This document shows, one piece after another, positions 36,683 to 61,432 of a DNA stretch of 64,000 bases (within the stretch, counting starts at the first letter, position 1; every line of letters begins with the position of its first letter). The notes under the pieces were generated by a model, which saw only the letters and a program-made list of their open reading frames with translations, was not told the DNA's origin and searched no databases. Source of the stretch: Lytechinus pictus (Eukaryota); assembly GCF_037042905.1 (NCBI RefSeq), contig NC_087250.1, forward strand, positions 25,794,001-25,858,000, in the 5' to 3' direction. Both the position numbers and the translations under genes were made by a program.

Positions 36683-39600
36683 GAAAACATACCTGTCAAA
36701 GATTGCTTTTTGATAGACATTGACTTATTGTTCAAACATGTATTATATGTAAATAGTTTTTGTTGTTCTGCTCTGAAGAAGCGCCTTGAGCATCAAATCA
36801 AGATGGAAAGAGCGCTATACAAATCTCATGTATCATTATCATGATAAATGTGTCGGTCTAGATATATGAATTTCACATTCTTAAATATATTCTTTTAGCC
36901 AGTCCTAGAGCAGTGAACGAGAACGACGTAGCAGTCGTCTGATCGTTTGAGTCAACGTCGTCGTCTGCCCTTGTTCACTACAATTGCGAATACTTTAGAT
37001 TTCACTCGACTTGTACGTGTACGTACGTCCACGTGAAACAGCGCGATAACCAGCAAGTCATGACACGCTGCCCGTCCCGGAAGATCTGGCGTACCATCGC
37101 CTGGCGACCCGGTCGGATGATGCGAAAGTGCAACTTGTGCACACGTGCCCTTTCACTTGCTTTGATTCCTTTTTACTCGAGTAAGGATATATATCGATAT
37201 AAATTTTGGAGGTCAGAAAGCAATTCCGAATATGATGAATACAATGCATCGTACAACGTCATGCTTCATGCTCCATGCTGGGCTTGAACGGTCAAAATGA
37301 CGTCACTCACGTACACGTCCACTATGATTTAGGAGAACCGCAAAATGGATGTGGCGAGGTTCTCGATTCTGATAGTGGACGTGTGTGAGGACCTGAGGCA
37401 TATGGAACGCCAAAAAATGACGTCATCTCGTACCAGTCGACTATGTGGACGTACATTTCTAAAAGTGCTCAGTAAAGACACTGAGCACTTTGAGAAATGT
37501 ACGTGTGCACAAGTTGCACATTCGCATCACCCGACCGGGTCGCCAGGCGATGGTACGCCAGATCTTCCGGGACGGGCAGCGTGTCATGACCCGCTGGTTA
37601 TCGCGCTGTTTCACGTGGACGTACGTACACGTACAAGTCGAGTGAAATCTAAAGTATTCGCAACTGAAGTGAACAAGGGCAGACGACGACGTTGACTCAA
37701 ACGATCAGACGGCTTCTACGCCGTTCTTGTTCACTGCTCTTAAAACTCTCCAATAATATCAATGGGACGTCAGTTTCGACAGCGCACCAACGCCCCAACC
37801 CAAAAACATTTCGAAATAAAGTTAACACGCTAAATTTAGCAATTGTTTAATTATATACAAAGACAAATTAGATTAATTTTCATAAATAAACAGAAAATCA
37901 TAATGGTGTTTTTTGTACTATGTTTTTTTTTTTTTTTTTTTTTCAGTCTAGAAATGCACGATAAGCATGCTTTTCTGTTGATAACTATTTGTTGTTCTTG
38001 TAACAAATTATCTTTGGGTTGCGAATTAGTTGTTATTTAATAAAATTGAATCGATTATAATTTGATGGAAGGTGAATAGGGTACATTTCGTTAGACTACG
38101 TCTGACATTTTTGTAGAACTGACGGGTAAATTCCAACGCATTGATCAACTGGACTGGTTTGACATCATGGTCATGATCAGTGATGCGCTATGTCGAGAAC
38201 GTTCTAATCTCTCTTCTTAAACGATATTTCAAAGCATTCTTTTTGCAATTACTTTGTAGACACTTTTTACAAGGCAACAATTCCTTTTTAAATGCAATTC
38301 AAATCATAATGGACACCTGAGAGGTTTTGTCGAAAAAAAAAGAAAGCTTGAGAAAATCAAAATACAATTAAAATTTTTAATTGTATTTTGAATTTCTCAA
38401 GCTTTCTTTTTTTTTAAAAAGGAATTGTTGCCTTGTAAAAAGTGTCTACAAAGTAATTGCAAAATACGCAAATCTTTTAGCTCAGATGTCAAGGCGAAGG
38501 GAGTCAACAATGATCGCATTTTGGCAGCATTCATAAGCAGTACTTAAAGGTCAAGTCCACCCCAGAAAAATGTTGATTTGAATATAAAGAGAAAAATCTA
38601 ACAAGCATTACACTGAAATTTTCATCAAAATCGGATGTGAAATATGAAAGTTATGACATTTTAATGTTTCGCCTATTTTAATCAAAACAGTTATTATGCA
38701 CAAGTCAGTGATATGCAAACGAGAGAGTCGATGATGTCAATCACTCACTATTTTTTATGTTTTTTGTTGTTTGAATTATACAATATTTCAAGTTTTACAG
38801 AATTGACAATGATGTAAGACTTTTCTGAACCACATAATGTCAGTCCCCTCATTTGCATATCGACCTGGATGTGCATATTACTCTTTTTGTGAAATAAAGT
38901 GAAATTTAAAATTGTCATAACTAAATTATTTTACATCCGATTTTGATAAAATTTTCAGTGCTATGCTTGTGGGATTTTTCTCTTTTTATTCAAATCAACT
39001 TTTTGTTAGGGTGGACTTGTCCACGCAAATTCATAATCGATTAATCTCAAAATGAAATTATTGCATATTTTCTGTTCTTACGTCATGTGTTAACATAACA
39101 AAATCATGTACCAATCTGCCTATCTTACTTACTTGCCATTAACAAAATACAATAATAACCCGATATAATATGTCTTTTTATTGTGATATTTACATTTCAT
39201 TGGTTCAAAGGTATGATTGCACAAATTGTGTATTGTTACAAATTTTGCCAGACATCTACATGATATATGAGGTGTCTTACATGTCGTCGGGATTTGCACA
39301 TTGAGGTCTTATTATTTCAAGTATATATAGACAAAATACATTTTTAAACGTTGCTAAGTGACAAACGATTATTAAATGGTAACGGCTGGTCCCTATTGTC
39401 GCTTCTTTAAAATAAATGAAATATTGTATAAATCAAGCCATAAATAGAAAGAAATAGTGCATGAGGGTATCATCGACTTTTTCATTCGCAATTCACTGAT
39501 TCGTGCACATAACTGTTTTGTGAAAAACAAAGCATTAAATATTATAGGTTTCTCATTCTACATCCATGACCCAATTTTCATGACACTTTTATCGATATGC

Positions 39601-42600
39601 TTGTTTGATTTTTCTGTATTGATATAAATCAACATTATATCTGAAGTGGACTCGACCTCTAACTTTCGACAAAAAATCTCTCAGCTGTCCATTGTGATTT
39701 GAATTGCATTGAAAAGGTATTGGTACGTTGTAGAAAGAATCTGAGAAGTAATTAAAAAAAAAATAGGCAAATCTTCTAGCTAAGATGTCAAGACAAAGAA
39801 AGTCAACAACGATCGCATTTTTGGCATTCGTAAGCAATAGTCAAAAGGGAAATTACATAATCGATTAATTTAAAATATAAAATTATTCTGTTCTTATTTC
39901 ATGTGTTTACATGAACAAAATCCTGTACTTATCTTCTCATCTACTTTACTTAAATTTTTGCAAAAACTATACCAGAAAATTAAAATGAATAAAAAAATGA
40001 ACATTTGAACAATGCAATGATTAATACATACAATGTTAATTCGTTATATTTTGTTGTTTTATTGATATATATAGAAATAAATAACGTCGATAAGTACAAT
40101 CATTATTTCAAAAAATTTAATTCAAATTTCGCCAGACACCTACATATTACACGTAGTGTCTTACCATGGACGTCTTACATATTTGTAAGTTGTGTTACAT
40201 AGGAGCTAAATCGTTTTCTTAAACAAGAATCATGGTTACTCATGGCAAAAATTTGAAAAAATACTTGGTCCACATTGTCACTTCATTAACTCTAAAAGGA
40301 TCATTTGAGTTATATTTATAAACAGTACTTAATAAGGAAATTACATGATAAACTGAAAAAAGGTTATTGCATACTTTCTGTGTTTATTTCATGTGTTTAC
40401 GTCAAAAAAATCCCTTACTTATCTTTTTTGTAAATTATATCAGAATAAAAAAAAATCTAAATATGATAATTTAAACAATACAATACAATAATGAATACTT
40501 AAAATGTTCACCTGTTATATTGCATTTTTTATTGTTATTAATACATTTTATTGACCTCAATGATTATCTTTCTATCAACAAAATAATGAATTAGCAGATT
40601 TTGTCAGACACGTACACATTCCATGTGATGTAGTGTCTTTTATAGTCAGGTTATATAGAAATAAAGAGGGCGAGAACTGTATGTGGTCTCTCACTGACTG
40701 TGTGTTATGCCTACATAGTTTTTTAATATACCTGTTCAGATATATACTACGGAGAATGAATTGACCTTTTATTTTAACTGTTTCGCTACTTGGAAACATG
40801 ATTATTGCGGTATAAGTGTAGTGAGTGGTTAATTAGCATGTTATCATTCAAGTGGGTCTATATAACTAGACGAAACTAGCATTATGGGTCAGGAAACTTG
40901 CCAGGTACGAGTAGTTGAGGACTCGAGATGGCGCTATTGGTTCGTATCTGCTTTAAAACACGAAATTGAAAAATTACTATCAAATGTAAAACAGTCATTC
41001 CTTATCGTCACTTCTTTTAAAAAATGAAATATTGTATAAATCAAACAAAGACAAGAGAAACTTTTCATTCTTATATATTTGTGCACATACCTGCAAAGCA
41101 TTAACATTTCTTATTTTACATCCAAAATTGATGAAACTTTCAGCGATATGCTTGGATGACTTTTTTGTATAGATTCAAATCAACATTATATCTGGAGTAG
41201 ACTCGACCTTTAACTTTTGACAAAAACCTCTCAGCTGTCCATTATGATTTAAGTTTCATTTCAAAAGGTATTGGTACGTTGAAGAGTCTGAGAAGTAATT
41301 GCAAAAATACGCGAATCCTTTAGCAAAGATAGCAAGGCAAAGGGAGTCAACAATCATATTTTTTTGCATTCTCAATAAATACTTTTACAAAAATAAAACA
41401 ACAACCGAAAAAACATTTATCGTGGGCCGAATCGTGAAAGTGTGATCTGAGCTATGATTAGGACGGTATCGTTTATTACAATGCAATAGCAAACTAAATC
41501 GAATATTTCACGGTTCATTTCACACCATTTTGGCGTGGGTTATGTAAGACAGATGGAAATACTGCTTGCGCGCAATTGTCATGGCCTAGCAAAATGCTAG
41601 CTAACATGGATAAGCTGATTTAGATATCTGTAAACTGTGGCTTAACAGGTGGGGGGGGGGGGGGCAACAGCGTTTTTACAGTGTATGTGAAAACACTGTG
41701 TTCTTTCGAGCACAAATAGTATTATAGATTATGAAATGTATTTCTGAGACATTTTGTGTTAATACATGAGTAGGTCGTAAAATAATGATCACCCCCCTTC
41801 ACAAGTTCACTCAAGTACGTCCACCCTTACTCATCATGACAATAGCGTTACAGAAAGTTTTTTTTTTTTTTTGGGGGGGGGCAGACATGCCGTATGGGGC
41901 AAATATTTTATAATTTTGCCATCAAGATTTCTTTTTTACTGTTTTGATAGGACAAACTGGTATTATGATATATTTTGACATACTATTCAGAAGATTAATA
42001 AAATAATGGAATGTTCATCCCCTTTTTTTTATTTTTTTTCTTCATTGGCCTTGTAAAATAGGTGGGGGGTGGGAGAATAGGAGAGAGGAAGAAAGAGGGG
42101 GAGGGGAAGAGAGAGAGAGAGCAACATTTGCTGACAGGATATTCTATCAATGTGTGGCAAATACAGTGAATACAATGAACAAAATATCTTAGCTTGAAAC
42201 TAAGTTTTTTTTAATATACTAAATTCATTATAGTGCGCCTTCAATAACTGTGTTATTGTACCATTGCATAATAACGCCAATAAATGGAAGTCATATTTGT
42301 TTTAGCAAATTGCTACATCGTTAATTAAGCGACCAAAGTGAAACTGATAATTGATTCCATGTGCCTTATAATAGCAAGCGTTATGTACATACGACTTAAT
42401 GAGTTTTACCATTCAATTTAGGCCAACGTGAGCAAGACCAGTGTATCGAACCACTAGCAATTAGAATAACGCTAATAACCACTTAACAGAAAAGCTTAAA
42501 AAGGGTCTCCCGGGCTTCATTTAATTAATAGGCAGTTATCACTACTCGACGGAGAGCGAATTCAAGAACACAGTTCATGTATTGAAAATGCTTGTCAAAA

Positions 42601-43030
42601 TTAATGACAATGAACAGCTGGGATGTTTTGTAAATTTTTTTGAACTGGAACAGCAAGTTAGTCTTACGTAACGGAGCTCACGAAAAATTGCAAATATTTC
42701 GTTTACTCGTGTAGAGTCATGGTCGAAACTGCTGTTTCGATTTACCAATTTTCGACAAAGACTTCTGCGTTGCTCTTTGACCTGAAGGCAAGGGCGGAAA
42801 TCTCTCACTAAGGTAGGGTGGACAATGAGCTGGACAATTTGACACGCAAAAAAAAGAAGGTTATCACCACAGTAGGTCATTTCAACCAAAAGGAATTTGA
42901 CAAGACAAAAAAAAAAGGAAAGAAAAGTTTATCACCCAATCATCCAAAATACATGTTTCATTTCGATTCTTAGTGATGTATTTCTTTCCATCATAAAAGA
43001 CCAAACATAGTCGGGGGACATTTCATATTG
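36683..43030 (+). repeat. Segmental duplication, copy B (immediately upstream of the nAChR-like gene)
   Basis: Same anchors as copy A. Confidence 0.92.
36908..37739. mobile_element. Foldback element/MITE, duplicate of 20499-21345
   Basis: Same sequence and same flanks; copied with the segmental duplication. Confidence 0.88.
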
Positions 43031-43268
43031 TGTCCCCCTACTATTTTGAGTAGGGGGACGCCCCCTCCCCCCCTCCCGGGACAATACATTTGTTATGATC
43101 TTTAAAGCAGTCTGCGAAAACTCGCTACTGTTTGCCTAGAGTGAAGATCACAATTTATCTTTCACCAATATTACGAATAGCTATTATGCACTTAATGCGA
43201 ATAAAGTCGAAGGCGGTGTGCATTGTCCCGTAATCACTTATACTCACTCTGTTGACTCGGGGAAAGTG

Positions 43269-43276
43269 TATATAAA
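43269..43276 (+). promoter_or_regulatory. Possible TATA box of the nAChR-like gene
   Basis: TATATAAA about 175 bp upstream of the ATG; position only. Confidence 0.3.
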
Positions 43277-43447
43277 CATTGCGAGCCTCGTATACACGAG
43301 AGGTAACATCAGACCAACTCGGTTTTTATGGTTAGGGTTCGGAGTGTGGATCGGAACAAACCTCCTGGGATACGAACCCCGAACCTGCAGCTTCAAAGTT
43401 CTGAATCTAACATTTCTTGCACTTGACTTGTTAATGGAGTTATCGTA

Positions 43448-54924
<11,477 letters not shown>

Positions 54925-54991
54925 AGATAAACTGAATTCTTAATTTATTGACTGCATTGCTTGGTTGGTTACAGGACAGTGGTCTCAAGCT

Positions 54992-55180
54992 AGTCTCGAT
55001 CTAATGTGTACGTTCAGACTCATATTGGACACTTCAACCAATAACAGGTCTGGAGTTAAGACTAGACGCCAAAAGCTCTGTCTTTGTCAAATAGAGCCGG
55101 TCACAGTATTGAATCTCGTCCCACTACTCCAGAGTCTACTCGAATTGCGAAAACCAAAGGTCTGCGCATGCAGACTAGTC
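54992..55180. mobile_element. Repeat ending in GCAGACTA; related copy at about 63470-63799
   Basis: Shared AGACTAGACG and GAATTG..AAAACCAA.GGTCTG.G..TGCAGACTA. Confidence 0.55.
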
Positions 55181-58100
55181 TCAATCGGACGTTAGCAATA
55201 GATCTCGTAGACTAGCTAGATCCAAATTATCGATGAATAATACTGATTCATGTATATTATTATTACATGTATATGTACATGTATGTGAGTTTAAGTAAGT
55301 AAAGTAACAATACACTGGTATTGGCTTGGATTCTCTTTCGTTACATGATTTCGGTCTGTACACATTCACGTCACACTCCATTACTCACGGGTGCACTTTG
55401 TCACGTGACATAACACTCGTCAAGTAAAACACAACGTATAGAGCAGTTCGTAGTTACTCATGGACAATTTTGGTCAAATGACCTTTCATTTCTTTGATTA
55501 AGATAGGCAGATTTCAAAGCAAGATATTATATAAGCTTGCCTTACATAGCAGGATGAAGAAATTGAATAGACCAAGTGACTAGAATAGCACACCAATGAA
55601 CACTTTATCAAGGTATTTGTTGCTACTTTGAATGCATATAATAGCATGTTGCACGATGTACTTGGCAAAGTGTGAAATACCAGTCGTTCGTGGACGCATT
55701 GTTGTTTTTTGTGGATGTAAATGAAAACCACAATTCAAAAGAATATATGAATAATCAAGACATAAAGTTGGTGCTTATCTCATTAGATTTTAAACCATCA
55801 TGTCACTTTAGTACAAATGACCTTCCTCTGACCATGCGTATAATATTTTGATCATGCGCAGAACGGAACTACGAACTGGCTTATTACAAGCGACACAGAA
55901 TACACCAAATGAAGGGACTGAAAGTTTAAAGTTCAATATTAAACAGTTTAGTTGCTTTTTTATATATTTGGATAGTGTGTATCAACATAAAGGGAATCCT
56001 AATCTAGAAAACTAATATAAAAAGGCTATGAGCGTTAGGCCTACTGGGAAGACTGAACATTTTATCTGGTAGTTTTTAAGCAAAACAATCGTGAATTATT
56101 TCATGGTGATCAAAAAGGTGTTTTTCATCTCCTATTTCTTTTTCAATAGAAGGAACACTTTTCCCAATTTATTCATTTTTTTTTATTTTGTATTTTTGTA
56201 TTGAAAATGTGATAATCGCATATCTGTAGTAAACATGGTAAAAGATTACATTGTTAAAACCTGTTCACTTTTATCACATCTGGGTTTTGTCTTTCAAAGA
56301 GGTGCGATTGATCCAATCAACTACAACTATGGAAAGACAGCAACGTCAGCATAAAAAATGCATGTCTGTTCAAAATATTTTTTAACGACGACGTATATTC
56401 ATACATCCATGGTCTTCTTGAAAATTCAGTGTGCTTCTTTTTGTTCATAAAGGACATTTTTCAAATTTCTTTTAGAAAATAATTCGACAACGCTGGATTT
56501 CCATAGAATTGCGATTGATCGGGTCAATCGTAACTCTTTGTAAGACGGGGCCCTGGGATAAAAATAATCCAAGGTCTTTTTCCATTAAAGGTAATAGTAA
56601 AATCAATTACCTATTTTTTTCTTCTCTAATATTGAATTTCTTGTGCAAGTTTCTATTTCCAAAAACTCAACATAGTTCTCACAAATAAATTACTGCGGTC
56701 GTTAACTTTAATATCAGGTAGCTTCCGCTCCTCGATGAAAGACAGATTCAAGGACAAAGAAAAGCTATTGTCTAATTCCTCTCATGACAATGAATAACCA
56801 AGACGTCTATGTCAAACATTGGTGACTCAAAACTTCCGTTTCGTACAGGACTCTGGACAACGACGTATTTGCATTTTTGTCAGCTCTGAAATGCTGCTTC
56901 GATTTACCAATTTTCTACAGAGACCTCCAGGAAGTTGTTTGTCATTTGACAATAATTTTTAATACCTTTAGTGTACAGTATACTTGCGTCGCGACGCCAA
57001 AACTTCATGAAATGGCTTCTTAAGCTGGAAAGAAATCCCGGTAACACAAAAATTAGCAATCAATCGCAAAACGGACTGACCAATTATGTTCAATGTCACA
57101 CGCGCATTCACTTTAAAATATTGACAAGGAACCTATCAGAGGTGCTCTTTCATATTTGCAATTCATCGCTAATCCTTGTGTTACTGGGCCCTGGTCACTC
57201 GTTGTTTGAACCATGGACTGAGTGAAACAAACAATATTGTATAAATCCACACTGAATAATCAGATCTACACTAATAATGATAATACCAACGTAATATTTA
57301 CCCAGGGTAGCCACTTCAGTTCCGAAAAATGTTCTCCAAGCGGGCACTGTTATTCTTATTACCCGGCTAAGCTAGGCTACCGATTCAGTGCACACAGCTT
57401 TTCAGGAATTATTTCCTATCGCCACCCATTTACCTCACCTGGGTTGAGTGCAGCACAGCGAGGATACATTTCTTGTTGAAGGAAAACACGCCGCGGCTAC
57501 GATTCGAACCCATGACCCTCTGTTTGAAAGGCGAGAGTAAGAACCACTAGACCACGACGCGCCCACGCTAAATGCAAAAGAGCTATTATGGTTCCTAATC
57601 ACTCTCCTCTCACATGGCTCAAAGTGAGACGAAGGACCAATCATTTTGGAGTGGGATTTACATCCTTTGAGAGTGCATTATAGCTCCTTTTGTCGAATTT
57701 TTTAAACACATATACTGTTCACTCCAGAAGGAGCTATAATGCACCTTCGAATGATGACGATCACACTCTAAAACGACTGGTCACTCGTCTGACTTTTAAA
57801 GAAGTGTGTTTAGGGACCAGATCAGCTTTTTTTTTCATTTAGAGTGTATGTACATGTAATTACCATCTTAATCACAATTTATCCTTTTCAACAGTCATTT
57901 TATACTAACATCAAATAATAACTACTACTGTGACCACTGTGGGAAATTGTTGTTTATGAACAAATACATATTTACGTCCCCATCATTTTATAACATCAAC
58001 CTGTATCAATAATGTACAACTGTCTAGAGAAATTCCAAGTCAACCAACCTGCGGATAAGCGGATATCCGATGATCCTCGAATATCGGGGGAAGAACAACC

Positions 58101-59728
58101 AGAGATAAGATGAGATGTATGGGTACACTCTAAAAATATTGGGTAAAAGTGCTGCGTGAGGGTTATTATGTGTGCAACCAACATTAGACATTTCTTTGGG
58201 GCATTTTTATTTATCCAGTGTGATGAAAATTTTTGCCCAGTCTATAGTAATTGCTGCTTATTTTCTAACCTTACTGGACAATATGCTTCTCGCATGGGGT
58301 AAAATACTGTCACAAATTGGTTGGACACATAATTACCCTCGTGGCGGTAAAAGTTTTACCCAATATGTTTTTAAGGGTATCAACTATGCTATTAACATTA
58401 GCTATTTAGCTTAAAATTATTTATTCTTTTGATTTTTAATGAAACTATATCAATAACATTATTAGTCATATACATACTTGTTATTATTTTTGGCAATAAA
58501 CGATACAAAAAGCATACAAAATAATATCATAATAAACAAACAAAGAGCAATGCCTTCGATTGCTTGACTCTCCCAGTGGTTAACCAACTCCTTTAGATAT
58601 CTGATATGACGGAGAAATGGAAACAATTTAGGGAAGCCACTCTCTTATTGTAATTAAGCGATTACTCACATGTATTTACAACTGTATAATAGTTTATGAA
58701 TAAACAATAACTGTTAAAATCATAAAATTGTAATCCAGGCAATTCATACTTTGATAGTCATGTTCACTAAGATCAGATATGAACGTTCGCTATAAACTAT
58801 TTGCTATTATATTTACCATTTCCTATTTGGCTTCCATACTGGATTTTACAAAATCGGTGATTGGATTTTTGGGGTCAATTTTTTCGCCTGTTGACCACCA
58901 CAATCGTCATTTTGCAGGGTCAAGAAATTAACTGACATGAAAATAATGCTACTATATGCAACGGAAAATCGTCCGATTGAAATTTTGAAATGTATAAACC
59001 TTGCGTCTCACAAAAAAGGAAACCGAGTTTAATTTCCTATTCTAGCTTAGTAAAAAGATTTATATTGCATAATTATACACCAATATAAGAATACGTTTTT
59101 CCCCTCTTTATTTGAAAACTTCATGGGATCTCCAAACGATGACGCACCGATGAACAAGTCGATTTTGAAATTGATTTAACATTTCTTTCGAATTTTTCGT
59201 TTGTTCACTAGGCGGTACATGCCGAAAAAGCATAAAGGTCCCGTTTCACAAATGCAGTATTTTTATAACATGTTTACTATCAGCCAATGAAATAATATAA
59301 TTTTTAATAGCTTTTACTATTATTGCAAATTTTTCAGAATAATTAGTCTTATGAAACAAGCCCAAGTTTTTTTTTGAGCCAAGTAGGATGCCATTCTCTC
59401 AATTTTAAGATGTCATTGCTCTCTTATTTTACATCCAAGTTTTGATGAAATATGGTGCCTAATGTTTCTGAGATTTTCCCCTTTTCATTCAAACAATATT
59501 GTTCATGGGCTTGAATAGCCTCCACCCCCCCCCCCTCCCTGAAACAACGTTGTACATACATACTGAAGCATCATCGTTGCTTTCCATTTTCATTTTGCAA
59601 CTCATTTCTAAATGCTACATAAATGTCAATAGCTGCAAACTGACTGGAAAACATATCACCAATCATAATTCGCCAGGTATGAATAGGCATGAATGATACC
59701 CGCTCGTTCGATAATTCTTTTTATTTTC

Positions 59729-59806
59729 CACGTGAAACAATTACACGATTACACGTGAAACAATTACACGATTACACGTGAAACAATTACACGATTACAC
59801 GTGAAA
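59729..59806. repeat. 23-bp perfect minisatellite, 3.4 copies, overlapping the TRIM-like stop codon
   Basis: CACGTGAAACAATTACACGATTA x3 plus CACGTGAAA. Confidence 0.95.
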
Positions 59807-61432
59807 ATACTTTTTGTACACCAGAAGATTGTTGCCATCACAGCATACAAGGTTCCCCAGAGGAGTAGAAACGCAAGAGGGCGTCGCCGAGAATGTACGC
59901 CTTGATCTCTCGAATTCCACAATGCCTCTCGCCTGGAGGATACCGTCACGTGACACCTGATCAACAGCGGCGACTTTTTGCGGTCTTTCCCGCGCTTGCC
60001 TTTGCAAGATGTAGAGGGCGTCAGTCAGTTTGTCAACATGACACCAGGACCACGCCCACTCATCGTAGTGTAAGGCAGCCTTCTCTTCCCCCGATCGTGA
60101 GATTACAGTGAAGTCAGCAATACCTGTATTTACAACGATGTCGCCCGAAGATAAAGCTTGTATCTTGCCCCGAATCATCTTCCGCTGCAACGTAATGGTG
60201 CTAACTATTTTACTATCCACAGTATTAATGACGTAGATGTGAGACTGACCGTACTGAGCAGCGAGGATCATCCCATCCCTGTCAACATCAACATACACGC
60301 CATTAGAATGTTCATTTCCTGGTATGCTGATACCTCTAGTCGCCTTCAGTTGTCTGTCATAGAGGGTGACCAATTTCCTCGTACCACACACTATTACGTT
60401 GCCATCTATGGTGGCGCATGATGCAACGTCCCTACTATTGAATCCATTAATTACTTCCTCAATATGTCCCTTGTTGATGTTTATGATATGCATGGCCTCT
60501 TTGCCAAACACACACACCACACCCTCATCGATCAAAGCACGCATCCGTGGGTACTTCACATTCTCTGGAATATGGATTGACTTGACAAGTTTCCATTTAC
60601 CAATAAAACCATCCACCCTACCGTAGTATTTCCCACCAATCACACCTTCAGCAAACACCACTCTCTTAATTTCATCCTGCATTTTTTCAAGGCAATCACG
60701 TACATCTTGATGGACGTTCAAACCTAACTGTTCATCAATGGATGCAAGTACTTGAGGGGCTTCATTCACCAACGTTTCATCATGTTTGTTAATCCGCGTA
60801 ATACTTGATTCGATATTCTTCATAGTGTCTATTGCGTGTCTTATCTTACAAGTAAGATCCTCAATCTTTTTAGAAACGACTTCGCTTATCCCCTTCATAT
60901 CTGATGAAACTTTTGCTTCTTTTACTTTGATGACATTTTCCTCCTTTTCTCTCTCGACATTAGATGACTCGATCTGCTGTTCTCTCTTCTCATTAATGAG
61001 TCGTATTTCATCATCTGCCTCATTGTTTATCTTCTGCTCCAAGGTCACGTGTTTCTCTCCTATGCCCTTCAATTTGTTTAGGAATATCGCTTGCAGATCT
61101 TCAGTAACCGTGTCAAGGTGCTTTTCCGATGACGTTGCAACGGCTTCTATTTCGGATTCGACCGTCCGAAGTAGCAGTTTCGTTTCATCTATCTGAGGCT
61201 GTTTTTCTTCCAGCTTCCCCCTCCTCTCGAAGATCACATCCTCGATGTCGTCTAGCTCGCATGGTTTCTGGTGATTTTTGACAGCGCATACTTGACAAAC
61301 ATAAATTCCATGTTGTACACAGTACAATTTGATTGGCTCACCATGCTTGTCACATGACCAGGTCATGTCATGACCTTTCCTTGTACGCAGCTTGTTTTTT
61401 TCATCTCTGTCTGCTGGGAACTTGGACGCCAT
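59795..61432 (-). CDS. RING-less TRIM-like protein (B-box2, coiled coil, probable NHL-like beta-propeller), 545 aa, intronless CDS
   Basis: Uninterrupted 1638-nt ORF; B-box CDKH...YCVQH...VCQVCAVKNH; long E/K-rich heptad region; C-terminal beta-strand repeats (VDVDRDGMILAA, ALSSGDIVV, TPLGNLVCCD). Confidence 0.9.
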   Translation of the reverse strand: MASKFPADRDEKNKLRTRKGHDMTWSCDKHGEPIKLYCVQHGIYVCQVCAVKNHQKPCELDDIEDVIFERRGKLEEKQPQIDETKLLLRTVESEIEAVATSSEKHLDTVTEDLQAIFLNKLKGIGEKHVTLEQKINNEADDEIRLINEKREQQIESSNVEREKEENVIKVKEAKVSSDMKGISEVVSKKIEDLTCKIRHAIDTMKNIESSITRINKHDETLVNEAPQVLASIDEQLGLNVHQDVRDCLEKMQDEIKRVVFAEGVIGGKYYGRVDGFIGKWKLVKSIHIPENVKYPRMRALIDEGVVCVFGKEAMHIININKGHIEEVINGFNSRDVASCATIDGNVIVCGTRKLVTLYDRQLKATRGISIPGNEHSNGVYVDVDRDGMILAAQYGQSHIYVINTVDSKIVSTITLQRKMIRGKIQALSSGDIVVNTGIADFTVISRSGEEKAALHYDEWAWSWCHVDKLTDALYILQRQARERPQKVAAVDQVSRDGILQARGIVEFERSRRTFSATPSCVSTPLGNLVCCDGNNLLVYKKYFHV

